From NCBI RefSeq assembly GCF_009914755.1, contig NC_060929.1: a stretch of DNA of 64,000 nt; one strand, 5' to 3'. The translations under genes and the position numbers were made by a program. How positions within the stretch are numbered: position 1 is the stretch's first letter; every line of letters begins with the position of its first letter. Below, piece by piece: positions 27,970 through 41,990 of this stretch. The notes under the pieces are model-generated. The model was not told the DNA's origin and made no database searches. It was given only the letters and a program-made list of their open reading frames with translations. The DNA comes from the human T2T-CHM13v2.0 reference genome, Homo sapiens.

Positions 27970-30900
27970 TTTAAAAGCAATTTTAGAATAGTTTTAGATT
28001 TACATAAAAGTAGTAAAAATTTTAGCATTCTAACAGAACTCAATCTCAGTTTTTTCTATCATTAAAGTTTTATATTAGTATGATACATTTCTCATCATAA
28101 ACCAATATTAATACTATTGTTAAATAAAGTTTATATTGTCTCCATATTTCCTTAGTTGTTATCTAATGTTCTTTTCTTTTCCAGGATCGTATCCAGATAG
28201 CCACATTACAGTTAGCGGTCATGTCCTTAGTCTTCTCTTGGCCATGACAATTTATCAGACTTTCCTTGTTTTGCATGATCTTAACAGTTTTGAGGCATAC
28301 TGGTCAGGTGTTTTGTAGAATGTTCCTCAATTTTGATTTGTTTGACAATTTTCTTAGACTAGGGTAAAGGGTTCTGGGGAAGAACACCACAGAAGTAAAG
28401 TGCCATTCTCACACATCACATCTTATTAAGGAAACATACCATAATGTGACTTATTACTATTGAAGTTAATCTCAGTCACTAGCTCAGGTAGTGTTTATCA
28501 AATTTCTCCACTTTAAAATTAGTGTTGTTTATTTTTTTCTTCAATTCCATACAGTACTCTTTAGAGAGTAGCCTATGTAAACCAAAAATAAGAGTCTGTG
28601 TCCCCCAACAGATTGAGTGGATGCCCCTCTTGACAGATGGGGTCACAAAGAAACTTCAGGAAGTAGATGAGGCCATGACAGAAAGGTAGGCTGGACTTGC
28701 CTCATTTTAACTCTTGCCCTTTGGGGTTTAGACACAACTGGCCAGCATTAACATTAAAATAAAGATCATGAGACTGACAAAACAGACTCTTCATATCAAT
28801 AATATACCAAATTCTAACCTGACTTTGGTATAGCATCATATGACAGATAACAGGCTCTGAAGAAAATCAAGGTGTTTTACCCCAAAATATATTTATTTGA
28901 CATATTTTGAAATGGCCCTGCACAGTTATCTCTTGTAGCAAAAATTTGCATTTTGTAGAGACTCTCCTTCCCATTCTAGGTCTTTTCGAGATCCAAGAGA
29001 GATGTAACTAAGAGTCTGACACCTTGTAAGTTCCTAAGGTCCAAAAAGACACATTTACCCTCTATTCCCTCTGATACCTGCTACTTAGAGTCTTCATCTA
29101 CATAACAAGAACCTTGGCTTTCAAAAACCCCTCTACCTAAACCCAAACATTTGTTTCTACTGACTTCAACTCTTTAGGCAAAGCTTAACTCTTTCAACCA
29201 ATTGTCAATCAGAAAATCTTCAAATCCGCCTATGACTTATAAGCCCCCAAATCATGCTTTGAGATGCCCTGCCTTTCCAGGCTGAATCAAAGTATATCTT
29301 ATATGTGTTGATTTATGTCTTTGCCTGTAACTTCTATCCCCCTAAAATGTGTAAAACAAAGCTGTAACACCTTGGAAACGTGTTCTCAAGACCTCTTGGG
29401 ACGGTGCCCTGGGCCAAAGTCACTTGTATTTGGTTCAGAATAAACATCTTTAAATATTTTACAGAGTTTATTATTTTTGTTAACACCTCCAAGCCACCCA
29501 TTTTTAAGGAGTAAGAAAATATGAATAGCCTCCTTCGTATTTTCAGAATACGAGTATCTGAAAATACTATTTGACTGCTTTGTCTCTGAAATGCTTTCAT
29601 TATTATGAGTATGTGTGTGTGTATGTGTGTGTGTGTGTCTGTGTCTGTGTGTGTTTTAGCAGTACCTTTCTGCTTCAGTCCTAGAATCAGCCATTTGCCT
29701 TAGGATTCTTGTTTTGTTTCATTTTTCCCCTGGATAATATAAAAATATCTAAAAATACATAGAGAAATATATAATAGGTAATATAAAATACACATACATA
29801 TACACATATATATTCTATATATCCTGAATGCTGAACATATATATCTCTATATAAAAATCTCTATAAATATATATAGTATATATATGTATATGAAATAGAA
29901 TCTGGACACCAAATGTGCATGTTGTTATGTTGTTACTAGGGCTTACTACTTCTAGGCTCTTTCAGTTGTCAGAACAAGAAAATATACATGTGTATTCTGA
30001 CACATATATGCACACATGCACATACACATTTATAAATATTCTATATGTGTCTGTCTGTATCTATATAAAGTTAAACATGAGTTCATACTGTTGTTTCAAA
30101 ATCTAATAGATTACCACATGGGTCATTCTAGCCTTTTTCTCTTGTTTATTCATAATTTATTTAATTATTTATTTCCAATATACATGCATAGTAGATTCAT
30201 AATTATTAACCTATACCCCTATGGGAAACAACTTTATCAACTAAACACCAGTGCTTAAATACAGCTCTTTTTTTCTTTGATCATATAGATGCCACTCCTT
30301 TCCAAAGTTACTTAGACCAGTACTTTTCCCCCACCCAATTACATAAGATTGTTTTGTGCATTTTAATGCTATTAAATTGTTTTGTCACATTCTACTTTTT
30401 GTTCTGTGAACAACTATCCTCCTAAATGTTTGTTGTTGTTGTTATTGCTGTTGTTTAATTAATACACATTACATTTCTCTCTTTCTGCTGTAAATTCTAT
30501 AGGTTTTAACGTGTAGCAACCAGTATTGAATCTTACTGAATAGTTTAACTACCCTAAAAATTTTCTGTGCATTACATACTCAGCCCCCATCCCCTGCTAA
30601 ACCCTTGCAACAACTGACCTCTTTATAATCTCTGTTGCTTTGCTTTCCCAGAATGTCACATAATTGAAATCACATAATTGAAATCGTATAGTATGTAGCC
30701 TTTTCAGTCTGGCTTCTTCTTTCACTTAGCAATATGCATTTAGATTCATCCAAGTCTTTGCATAGATTTATAGATAATTCCTTTCTACCTCTGAATATAA
30801 TTCCATTTATTGATGCACTACAATTTATTCATTCACTTATTGAAGGGCATTTTGGTTAATAACAGCTTTTTCCTAATTATGAATAAAACTACTATAAATA

Positions 30901-31085
30901 TTTGCATGCAAGTTTTTGTGAGGACATGACTTTCAAACCAATTGAGTAAATATGTAGGAGAATGACTGCTGAAACATAAGGTAAAACAATGTTTTGCTTG
31001 GTTGAAAAAAATTGCAAATGATTTTATTTTTTTAAAGTGACTGGACCATTTTTCTTTCCCACCAGTACATAATGAAAGGTTCTGA
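27970..31085 (-). mobile_element. Old L1MC/MD 3' region, interrupted by the MER4D-like LTR and simple repeats
   Basis: Antisense 3'UTR motifs (ttccaggatc..atccagata.ccacattacag, tactggtcagg.gttttgtagaatg) and ORF2-end motifs at 30.7-31.08 kb. Confidence 0.75.
28576..29485 (+). mobile_element. MER4D-like ERV1 solo LTR (910 bp)
   Basis: TG...CA termini (TGTAAACCAAAAATAA ... aaatattttacagagtt...taaCA), MER4 motif ttttaccccaaaatatattt, and 4-bp flanks ccta/cctc. Confidence 0.85.
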
Positions 31086-31099
31086 TGTAACTGATATTT

Positions 31100-31885
31100 T
31101 CCATCATACCACCATACCATGAAATACTATTCAGCAATAAAAAGTAACAAACTCTTTATACATACAACAACCAGGATGAATCACCAGAGAATAATTCTGA
31201 GTGAAAAGCACAAGAAGCCAATGCCAAAAGATTACATCAGTATGATTCCATCTATACAGCATTCTTAAAATAAAATAAAAAAAAGACAATGAGGAACAGA
31301 TTTCTGGTTACTGGAATTTAAAGAAAAGATACAGAGGTAAAGAAGTGGGTGTAGCTTATAAAAGTAGCATAAAGAAAAGTTATAATGATGGAAATTTTTT
31401 TATTGTAACTGTATTAATGTCAATATCTTGGCTGTATGTTTTGTAAAATATTACCATTGAAGATGGAACTGGAGGCCATTATCCTAAGTGAAATAACTGA
31501 GAAACAGAAAGTCAAATACTGCATGTTCTCATGTTCTCACTTATAAGTGGGAGCTAAACAAGAGTACACATGGACATATAGAGTGGAATAATAGACATTG
31601 GAGACTAGAAAAGGTGAAAGGGTGGGAGGAGGGTGAGGGTTGAAAAACTACCTATTGGGTACAATGTTTACTATTCAGGGGCTGGGTACACTGAAAGCCC
31701 AGAATCCATTACTACACAATATATGCAGGTAAGAAATCTTCACATGTACCTGTAATCTATAAAAATTACAAATAATTAAAAAATAATAATACTGGAGAGA
31801 ATTTGATAAAGTGGTCATGGAACCTCCATATTATTTCTTACACTTATATATAAATATACAGTTATCTCAAAATTAAAGTTTAAAC
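31100..31885 (+). mobile_element. L1MD-type 3' end, interrupted by an L1PB 3' fragment
   Basis: gaaatactattcagcaataaaaag...tatgattcca, ending tattatttcttaca...gttatctcaaaattaaagttt. Confidence 0.7.
31461..31785 (+). mobile_element. L1PB (PB3/4-like) 3' end fragment
   Basis: gatggaactggaggccattatcctaagtgaaata...gtgagggttgaaaaactacctattgggtacaatg, followed by an A-rich tail. Confidence 0.85.
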
Positions 31886-32027
31886 ATGAAAGTAAAATAG
31901 TTTTAAAAAATTAGTGACTGAAATGGCAGAATATGGAGCAGGGTTAAGAAGAATGAAAATCCATCAGAGCTGTGTTCTGTGCGTTTGGAAAAATAAGTCC
32001 ATGGATATTTTGTCCTTAGAGGACAGC

Positions 32028-32430
32028 TGTGGTAGGTTCATGCTTAGCCTTCACAGTACCAAATTTGGGGGAAGCCTTACTCAGTTGGAATCACATTTCC
32101 CAGCTTTCCCCAAGCTGGCAAAATAGGACTGTGTGACTCATTCTAGCCCATAAAATGGCAGCAGAGTGAAATATATAAATTTCAAACCAGAATTTAAGAA
32201 GGAAATGTGACTTCACACTTTATCATTTCAGACTGAATGTCAAAACCCAGGGCAATTTTGGAAGTTGTTTTTCTCCATATGGCACATCCTTTGCATTCTG
32301 GAACTCCAAAAACTATGTGGAACAGAATGCTGCTCGCCTATCTTGGAATGTCACCTAAGAAATTGTGTTTTTTAAACACTGATTTCAGCCATTTATTTTA
32401 TTACATATATATTATAGTGTATATTGTTAC
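32028..32430 (+). mobile_element. Ancient ERVL/MaLR LTR (MLT1J- or LTR16/33-like)
   Basis: cacatttcccagc...tgtgtgactcattctagcccataaaatggcagcagagtga motif. Confidence 0.45.
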
Positions 32431-34093
32431 CATAACAAATATAATAATGTACTATCATTTTCCACAAGACCTGGAGGGAAAGGATAAGACAACAGACACC
32501 TGCAGGACATGACAGGCAACATCAAAAAACAAAACAATAATATCACCTTAAAATGCGGATGTATTTGGGATTGTCATTTGAAGGGAAAGTAATATTTCTT
32601 GCTAGCCATATAGTTGTTTATGTGATATTGCAACTATTTCACTTAATTAACTCAAATGTTTTGAGAAACTGCTTGTGGAAAACTTCCTCTCTTAAAGTAA
32701 ATAATAAAGAATGCATTATTATCTGAATGTACAGTGTTTTGTTCATGTAATCCCCATTAACACAAATGAGAACAAGTATGAAATAAATTATTTCTCATTA
32801 AAGTAAAACTATGCATTTTAGCATTTTTAGTGTTATATCAAAAAAATACCCTGAGCTGACAATTAAAATAGCCTTAGCTCATTTTCAAGTAATTGGAAAA
32901 AATTATCTCCAATACACACACACATACAATAGTGTTTTTCTTTTTTATATCTAGGAAATAAAAATAATTATGGAGGATAATTCTTCATACATTCTCATGA
33001 TATTTTAATCATTCATCAGATAAAACAAAAGATTTAAAAGTATATACAAATTGGACAAAGTAACTCTAGTGCATCAAGGCGTAACTGGATAAAAAATTAT
33101 AAAAATAAAATTATAGGGAAATCTGAGAAAAATGACTAATAGAAGTATATAAGATCCACAAATTTTAGAACACAAGAACCCTGAAATATGCAGTTCTTCA
33201 TGAGCCCTATTACCCTTTGACCACTTCTCCCAAAAATTGTTACTTAGCAACCAGAAAAGAGTATTTCCCTTTTAACTCTACATGATATGCCTGAGTTCAA
33301 ATTTAGATCTTTAATGCAAATTCATATTATATTATATTAAAATAAATAATTGCCTTGGGAGGTTTCATTAATGAACATGGGACTATTTTCAGACTAGCAC
33401 TTATGAGTAAATCTCATTTGAGCATGCTAGATAAGAACTTTATTATACTAAATTCTACTTCATGAGTATTTATTTTTGAGGTTTATGGACAGAACCAGAG
33501 GAAACCTCCTTTATTCAAGTAATACAGAAGAATGATAATAATAAGCAAAAGAAAATAGTAATGTTAATTTTTATTAAAAACTCTTTGTATCAATAATTGT
33601 ATTGACTATTTAACTTTTGTTTCTTATTTAGTTTAAAAATTGGGAAAGGTGCCCAATATTATTATATTAAAATTTAGAGCTGAGATTTGAATCCATGTCT
33701 CTCTAATTCCATGTTCTTTAACATGTTTGGCACTGAATTCCAACTATTTTCTCTCTCCTCTCCTTTTTAGCCCTCTAAGAAATCATGACTCTGGCCTATT
33801 TGAAGGTCCTTTTTAACTGCTCCTTCTCTCTCTTTTCCCTTCACTATTTCTTTCAGTATCTCCCTGCATGCTGAACTTCTGTTTTACTTATGTTTCTGTG
33901 GTCATGGATTTACAATTTAGATCACCATAATTACTAGACAGCAGAAAAGATGTGTGTGATGGTACTTAGGAAAATCCATGTGATTTTGAGATAAGAGCAA
34001 AAGGACTGTCTTTATGAACTGCAGTATAATCTCAGCAAAAACATAATCAAGAATGTCAGGAAGGCCAGAAGAGGGTAAGAAGTTTTAACTGGG

Positions 34094-34345
34094 TGAATTA
34101 GTTTCCTGTGGTTTCTATGATGAATCACCAAAAGCTAGGTGGCATAAAACAACAAAATTTCTTTTTTTCTCGTAATTTTGAAAGTCATAAATCTAAAGTC
34201 TAACCCTCATTCCTCATGAAGAATCTAGGGACAGATGCTTCCTTGGCTATTCCCACTTCTGGTAGTTGTCAGCATTCCTTGACTTTCTCCGCTTGTGGCC
34301 ACACCATCCCAATCTCTGCCTTGATCTTTGTGTAGTCTTCTCCAG
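34094..34345 (-). mobile_element. MLT1B/C LTR fragment
   Basis: attagtttcctgtgg...ggtggcataaaacaacaaaattt...cttctggtagttg...gcttgtggcc...ccaatctctgcct. Confidence 0.75.
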
Positions 34346-34657
34346 ACCCCCTGAAAATTCCCTACTGCCCCTTCTCAGTCAGTAGCTACCAAAAAGAACT
34401 ATTTTTTTCATGTCTCTCATAAGATTAGTTTGAATCAATAGACTCAAATCAGTGAAATAATTCACAAGTTTAATTTATATAAATCCATACATTTCATATA
34501 GACAGCATTTATGTAAATGGAAAGACTATTCATCAAGCTCAAAGAAATAACTCTTTAGTGATGGATGAGAGGAGGTCAGTTGGATTCAGAGCCTCAATAG
34601 GATCATTAAAATCATACGGTGTAGGTAATCACCCTTTGAGAGCACTAGTAAGGTGGA

Positions 34658-37600
34658 GAGGGGAGCGAAACTGGCTGACTTGATGCAGCCAGGAGGAACA
34701 TCTCCAACCGAGTGACAGGAACATCAGGAAGATTGGCACACTTTGAGCAGATCTTGAGGGAAGGCATTGAGAGTGGATGGAGGGAAAACACAGATGCTGG
34801 GCTGAAGGAGGAGGAAACTGGGAACGCTGCATGGGGCTGCCTAAAACTGGGACTTATTGCTGGCACCCAGTGACTCCTGGGGAAGTGATGAGTTGAACAA
34901 GTAAGGAGTGGCCTGTTGCTACCATGGATATTGAGAATTCTAACAGCAGGAAAACCCATGACCCCCATGGGCACTTGAGCTGCCATGGTGAGATGCTAAG
35001 AGAGGTGGTAGGGGAAGGATTCCAGCCTTTGCAAAGACCAGGGTGTTTGGCACCAGAATGGCTACAGAAGAACATGGCCAGGAATATCTATCCCTGAAGG
35101 CTTGTTATGCTCCTCCAGGAGGCTTTAGACTTTGGGTGACTGTCTGATCTGAACAGAGCACAGCAGTCTTTCTGTGGATGGGGCCAGTCCAGTGTGAGCA
35201 TACCCTGTTTGCCAACCTCTCCTGGCGCCCTAGTCATGCCCATGGGCAGTGCAGCCTTTCCTGGAACCCCTCATTATAGCTACTTTGCAGGCAGACAGTG
35301 CTTGACCACTGGAATGCTCCAGCAGACTGGCCTCCACTAATGCACACCAGCCCACCTGCAGCTCTGCACCTGCCAGGGTCATGTTGCCAATCTGCACACA
35401 CAGGGGCCCTGCCTCAACTGACTCGTCTGCACCCTGTCACACCACCAGGGCTGCTGGCACCCATGCATTAGCATGTATCCTGCTGCCACTATATCAATGT
35501 AACACACTGGCCAGTGTGAGCAATTGGAGTGTTGTGGTTAGCAGACCAGGAATACCTCGGCCCCTCCAATGCAGCATGTTTCTAACCTTGTGGGGCCAGA
35601 GTACAATGCCAGGCCAGTACAAGCACCTAAGGGTTACAGCAGGGAGCCCAGGTGTACTGAGCTGAGCCATGGCCCCCTAAAATCTTCCAGAAACAAATCC
35701 AGTAAACTGAACACACTTTATACCACAATCAAACCTCCAAGGGCATCAAAGAAGTTAGAGCAAAAAACTCCATCCAAAGGACAGCAGCCTCCAAGATTAA
35801 ATGAGCATCAGCCACACACATGAGAAAGAACCAGTGCAAGAACTCTGGCAAATCAAAAAACAAGACTGTCTTCTTACCTCCAAATGAATGTACTAGTTCC
35901 CCAGCAATGGTTCTTAACAAGGCTGATATGCATAAAATTACAGAATTCAGAATATGGATAGAAACAAAGATCATCAAGATTCAGAGGAAAGTCAAAAGCC
36001 AATTCAAGGGATCTAAGGAATATAGTAAAATGATGCAGGAGCTGAAAGACAAAATGGCCATTTTAAGAACGAACCAAACTAATCTGACAGAGCTGAAAAA
36101 CTCACTACAAGAATTTTAGAATGTAATCACAAGTATTTACAACAGAATAGACCAAGGTGAGGAAAGAATTGCAGAATTTGAAGACTGGTTTTCTGAGCTA
36201 ACCCAGCCAGACAGAAATAAGGAATAAAACACCTCTATGCACACAAACTAGAAAACCTGCCAAAAAAAAAAAAAAAATGGATAAGTTCATGGAAACATAC
36301 AACCTCAGAAGATTGAACCAGGAATAAATGGAAGCCCTGAATAGACTAATAATGAGTTCTGAAATAAAATAAGTAATAAAAAGCCTCCCAAACAGAAAAA
36401 GCCCAGGATCAGATAGATACAGACATATAGCCAAATTCTAGTCTACATTTAAAGAAGTGATGGCAGTGTTCTTAGTTAAACTACTCCAAAAAATTGAGGA
36501 GGAGGGACTCTTCCCTACTGCATTCTATGAAGTAAACAACATTCTGGTACCAAAAGCTGGCAGAGACAAAACAAAAAAAACTTCAGGTAAATATCCTTGA
36601 TGAACATAAACACAAAAATCTTCAACGAACACTAGCAAACTGAATCCAGCAGCACATTAAAAAGCTAAATCGACACAATAGGCTAGGATTTATCCCTAGG
36701 ATGCAAGGTCAGTTCAGGATATGCAAATCAAAAAATGTGATGCATTACATAAATAGAACTATAAACAAAAACCTCACAATCATCTCAATAGATGCAGAAA
36801 AAGCTTTCCTGAAAATTTAGCATCCCTTCATGTTAAAAACTCTCAACAAACTACTCATTGAAGGAACATACCTCAAAATAATAGAAGCCATCTATGACAA
36901 ACCCATAGCCAACATCATATTGAATGGGCAAAAGCTGGAAGCATTCCTCTTGAGAACCAGAACAAGACAAGGATATCCTCTGCCACCACTCCTATTCAAC
37001 ATAGTACTGGAAGTCCTAGACGGAGTAATTAGGCAAGAGAAATAAGTGAAAGGTATCCAAACAAGAAGAAAGATAGTGAAATTATCTCTGCTTGCAGGCA
37101 ATATAATTCTACACACAGAAAACCCCATAGTCTCTGCTCAAAAGCTACTAGATTTGATAAACAACTTCAGCAAAGTTTCAGGATACAAAATCCTTCTACA
37201 AAAATCAGTAGCATTTTTATACACCAAGAATATTCAGGCTGAGAGCCAAATCAATAATGGAATCCCATTCTGATTACCCGCAAAAAAAATAAAATTAAAA
37301 GGAATACAGCTAACCAGGGAGGTGAAAGATCTCTACAGTGAGAATTAGAAAACAGTGCTCAAAGAAATTAGAGATGACACAAACAAACGAAAATACATTC
37401 CATGCTCATAGATAGGAAGAATCAATACTGTTAAAATGGCCATGCCTCCCAAAGCAATTTACAGATTCAACTCTATTCCTGTTAAATTACCAAGACATTC
37501 TTCACAGAATGAGAAAAAGTATTCTAAAATTTACATGAAACCAAAAAAAAAAAAAAAAAAAAAAAGGACCTGAATAGTCAAAGCAATTCTAAGCAAAGAG

Positions 37601-39025
37601 AACAAAGCCAGAGGCATCATATTATGCAAATTCAAACTATACTACCAGGCTTCAGAAACCAAAACAGGCTGGTAATGGTACAAAAACAGACACACAGACT
37701 AATGGAACAGAATAAAGAACACAGAAATAAAACTACACATCTACAACAATCAGATCTTCAACAACATTGGCAAAAAAAAGCAATGGGGAATTAATTCCTA
37801 CTAAATAACTGGTGCTGGAATAACTGGCGAGCCATATGCAAAGCATTGAAACTGGACCCCTTCCTTATATCATATAAGAAAATTAACTCAAGATGAACTA
37901 AAGACAAAGCTGTAATAGCGAAAACTACAAAACCCTTGAAGGAAACCTAGGAAATGCCACTCTGGATATAGGCCCTGGCAAATATTTCATCATGAAGGTA
38001 CCAAAAGCAATTGCAATAAAACCAACAATTGATAAGTGGGACCTAATTAAACTAAAGAGCATCTGCACAGCAAAAAACAAACTATCAACAGAGTAAATAG
38101 AAAACCTACATAATGGGAGAATATGTTTGTAAACTATGCATCTGACAATGGTGTAATATTCAGCATCTATAAGACTCCACAAATTAACAAAGTAAAAACA
38201 AACAACCTTATTAAAAAGTGGGCAAAGACATGAACAGATATTTTTCAAAACAAGACATACAGGCAGCCAACAAGCATATGAAAATATGCTCAACATCACT
38301 AAGCATTAGAGAAATGCAAATCAAAACCATATGAGACAACATCTCACGCCAATCAGAATGGCTATTAAAAAGTCAAAAAATAACAGATGCTGGTGAAATT
38401 GAAGAGAAAAGGGAACCCTTAAACACTGTTAGTGGAAATGTAAATTTGTTCAGCCATTGTGAAAAGCAGTTATATGTTTAACCCAGCAATCCCACTATTG
38501 ATTACATAGCCAAAGAATACAAATTGTCCTACCCTAAAGACACCTGCTTGCATGTGGCCTTCACAGCACCATTCACAAGAGTAAAGACATGTAATCAACC
38601 TAAATGCCCATCGATGGTAGACTGGATACACAAAATGTGATACATATACACCACAGAATACTACACAACCATAAAAAAACAATGAGATCATGTTCTTTGC
38701 AAAAACATGGATAGAGTTGGAGGTCATTATCCTTAGCAAAGTAATGCAGGAACAGAAAACCAAGCACTGAATTTCTCACTTATAAATGGGAGGAGCTAAA
38801 TGAGGAGAACACATGGACACACAGAGGGAAACAACAGACACTGGGACCTTCTTGAGGGTGGAATGTGGGAGGAGGGAGAGGATCAGAAAAATGGCTATTG
38901 AGTATTTTGCTTAGTACCTGATTGATAAAATAATCTGTACACCAAACCCCCATGACACAAGTTTACCTATATAACAAACCTGCAGATGTATCCTTGAACC
39001 TAAAATTGAAAAAACAAAAACAAGA
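34658..39025 (+). mobile_element. L1PA15/16-type LINE-1 with 5'UTR and a large internal deletion
   Basis: GC-richer 5'UTR, ORF1 start MRKNQCKNSG at 35820, ORF2 RT remnants ([18 protein letters not shown]), L1PA15/16-like 3'UTR and A-tail. The flanks share tagtaaggt(g/a)ga, a degenerate TSD. Confidence 0.9.
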
Positions 39026-39287
39026 AACAATTAGTAAGGTAGACAGGAGCCATTCAATTGCCACTTATACATTTTATGAGCAAGTAATAATATTTTAAGT
39101 AAAGCTCTCAAGAATGCAGATTTTATTTATATAACCATATTACATAAATGTGTGCATTCTGGAACATGGAGAGGCAATAATAATTAAATAAAAGTATATA
39201 AACTGAAAATTTGGTATTTCATAAAAAAACTGTAAATTAAGCTGTAGAAGTTCTAATTTGGGGTCACCTAATAACTCAGCATATTTT

Positions 39288-39642
39288 TATCTTAGTCTCT
39301 TCAGGCTGCTATATCAAAATACCTTAGACTGGGTAATTTATAAACAACAGAAATTTATTTCTCACATTTCTGGATGCTAGTAAGGCTCATTCCTCATGCA
39401 TGGCTTTTTGTGTCTTCCTCACGGTGGAGAAGGAACAAACACTGAGTTATCACATGTACAAAATAATGTAAAGAACAAAGTCGCTCCCTCATGCCTTTTA
39501 ACAAAAACACTATTCCCATCCATAAGGGTAGAATACTCATAAACTAAGCACCACTCAAATGCACTACTCTTAGTACCATCACCTTGTGGGTTAAGTTTCA
39601 ATATACGAATTTTGGGAAAATACCAACATTCAGACCATAGTA
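39288..39642 (-). mobile_element. MLT1A/MSTD-type MaLR solo LTR
   Basis: tatcttagtc...gctgctatatcaaaataccttagactgggtaatttataaacaacagaaatttatt...aacattcagaccatagta. Confidence 0.85.
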
Positions 39643-40399
39643 ATGACTATAAACATATTATTTTTATGTGTGTCACCAAGTGCCCTACGTTCAATAATAG
39701 GAAAAAAATCATGCCCTGCTAGGCCTAGATAAATGCTTAGAGAATAGTAAGACCTATAATAGTAAGACCTATATATAACTGCTATATGTTAACATAAAAA
39801 TTTAAGCACTACATAATATTGTAATCAATGTTTAAAATAAAATTTAAATTATTTTCCAAGTTAAAAAGGAGTATGTTTTTCAACCTCAACCTACATGTGT
39901 TCCCTAAATTAACATGATGTCGGAGTATACAAAAACCAGCACTTATGAATACAAGATGCCTTTTTTAAGGTAGACAGTTTAAAAGTAGAATTTGTCATAA
40001 AACCATCTCCTCAGCAAGGTTAATTATTACAGTGACTGACAGCATATTTACCTAAATATTAAATGTTATATTTTTCTGAGTAAATTTTATACATTTAAAT
40101 CGCTGAGAAGAAAATTTTATATCATTTCATGGAAAAGTACATATATTTTCCTATAGAAATTAATCGGTACAAATTTATGCAAATATGCTTTATACTTTCA
40201 AAGTAAAAATACAGCCAAAATTTCCAAATTGTGCTTTTAGCATCTATAATTTACATTAGATTTCGGAAGAATATGATGTCCTTTGGAAGTTCTGGAAACA
40301 TGGAAAACTTCTTGCCTTCCCTCACAGCGTAGCACATCTATAAGCTCTGCAAGACAGGAATTACATTCTTACCCACCATTGACTATTATGGCAATCTGG

Positions 40400-40630
40400 C
40401 ATTGTTCACTTTGGAGCCAAACTCTTTGGATTTAAATCCTGGCTTACTATTTAATGGCCCAAAGGCCTTGGGCAACTTTATTTACTCTCCCATGTCTTAC
40501 AGTCAACAAATGTAAATAGGAGTAACATTTGTAAATATTTTATAGAGGATGTGAAGATTCACTTAGTTTAAAAAAGGTGGTCAAAAAAGTGCTTGATACC
40601 TTTTAAGTATTTAACAAAAGTGATTGAATG
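40400..40630 (+). mobile_element. MIR
   Basis: actttggagccaaac...ggatttaaatcctggct...ccttgggcaac...tgtaaataggagtaa. Confidence 0.7.
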
Positions 40631-41809
40631 AATGAGTGAATAAGTGATGATGATGATGATTTTAATCTGCTCCCTCAACTTTTTTACACGAGATCACACA
40701 CATTGTGGCAAGGGGGTAAAAATTATGGTTAATAATACTATTTGCCCAGATAATTATAGATGCCACAGTTGGGAGTATAAACATGATATGTACTGCTATA
40801 TGTTAACCGGTAAGAAAAACATTTAATGATGCAATATTAGAGACAGTATGAGAAAAACAAGATTTAACCATGTAGTATACATGAAGGAGGTATATATGAT
40901 ATGAAATAAAGTTTATGATAATCACTTGTGCATATATATACATCGTATTCTCTAATCTCTAATGTACAGGCTACAATTTTTCTAAAAATTATTTAATTTT
41001 GTTGATTTTCATGGATTAGACAACATTTTTTATTCAGATATTTAATTCTAGGAGCACAGTTTCATGTCTTCTAGATTTCTATCACATGCATTTAATTATA
41101 TCTCAACTCTAGGCCTACATGCCCTAGCAAGTTGATAAATCCTACAACTCTTGAAATATGTAGCAAAAATTGGTATTAGATGAAAATTTTATTCATGACT
41201 TTGAGAACCTACAGAAGATATTCATTGATAAATTATCATAAACTTTAACTAAAAATGATAGAAATTATATTCATATTGCAATGATTAGAGATGGCACTGT
41301 GTTGACCCCCAAGCTTTGCATGATCTTCTTAAAGACCCATCTACTTTTGGAAAAAAAAAAAACTAACGCTTCTGCTTTAAATTAGTGGGAGCAAAGCAGT
41401 AAATCTTTAGAGGGTATTTTGAGCTGAAAAGAATGGCAGAATTCACTCTCCCATGAGTAAAAGGGAAAGAGAGTCCTGGCTGAATTGTCTCAAAAGCAAC
41501 TACAGAAAACATGGTTTTGAAAAGGATATAAGCTAAGAATAAAAGAGCTAAATAGAATACAGTGAATAGACAGAAGTGTAATAGGAAAAATAATAACATG
41601 TTATCACTAATGCTGTAGATGATGATATCTAATGAACAAAGCTGTCCTGTTCATAGTGTCACTGCTCACTAATTCCAGTGCAATCACTATCAGAACAGAA
41701 TAGAAAATCAGAGAGTGAACACTGACACATGATTTAAAAAATTGAAATAGGTTAGTGAACTTTTTGCAACATTTTATGGGTTCACGTAAACCCAAAAGAT
41801 AACTAACAC

Positions 41810-41990
41810 CATATACAGCACTTAGTATGTGAAAGGTATCATTCTAATTTTGCAAATACTGCACATATTCACTAATTTAACGTCACAATAAGTGGGGTAC
41901 TGCTATACATTCTTATTTTACAGATGAAGAGACTGAAGCACACAGAAAGTAAGTGACATGCTTGTAGGAAGTCAGATAGTAGAATCTGAT
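41810..41990 (-). mobile_element. MIR
   Basis: ttattttacagatgaagagactgaagcacacagaaagtaagtgacatgc matches the antisense MIR core. Confidence 0.8.

Noticed and set aside
34660-35700. GC-richer segments (also 50200-52100) as possible gene promoters or CpG islands
   Set aside because: They are old L1 5'UTRs directly upstream of ORF1 and are CpG-depleted.
39743-39772. 15-bp tandem duplication aatagtaagacctat (similar ones at 30657-30684, 42761-42805 and 47249-47290)
   Set aside because: Ordinary slippage micro-duplications with no further structure.
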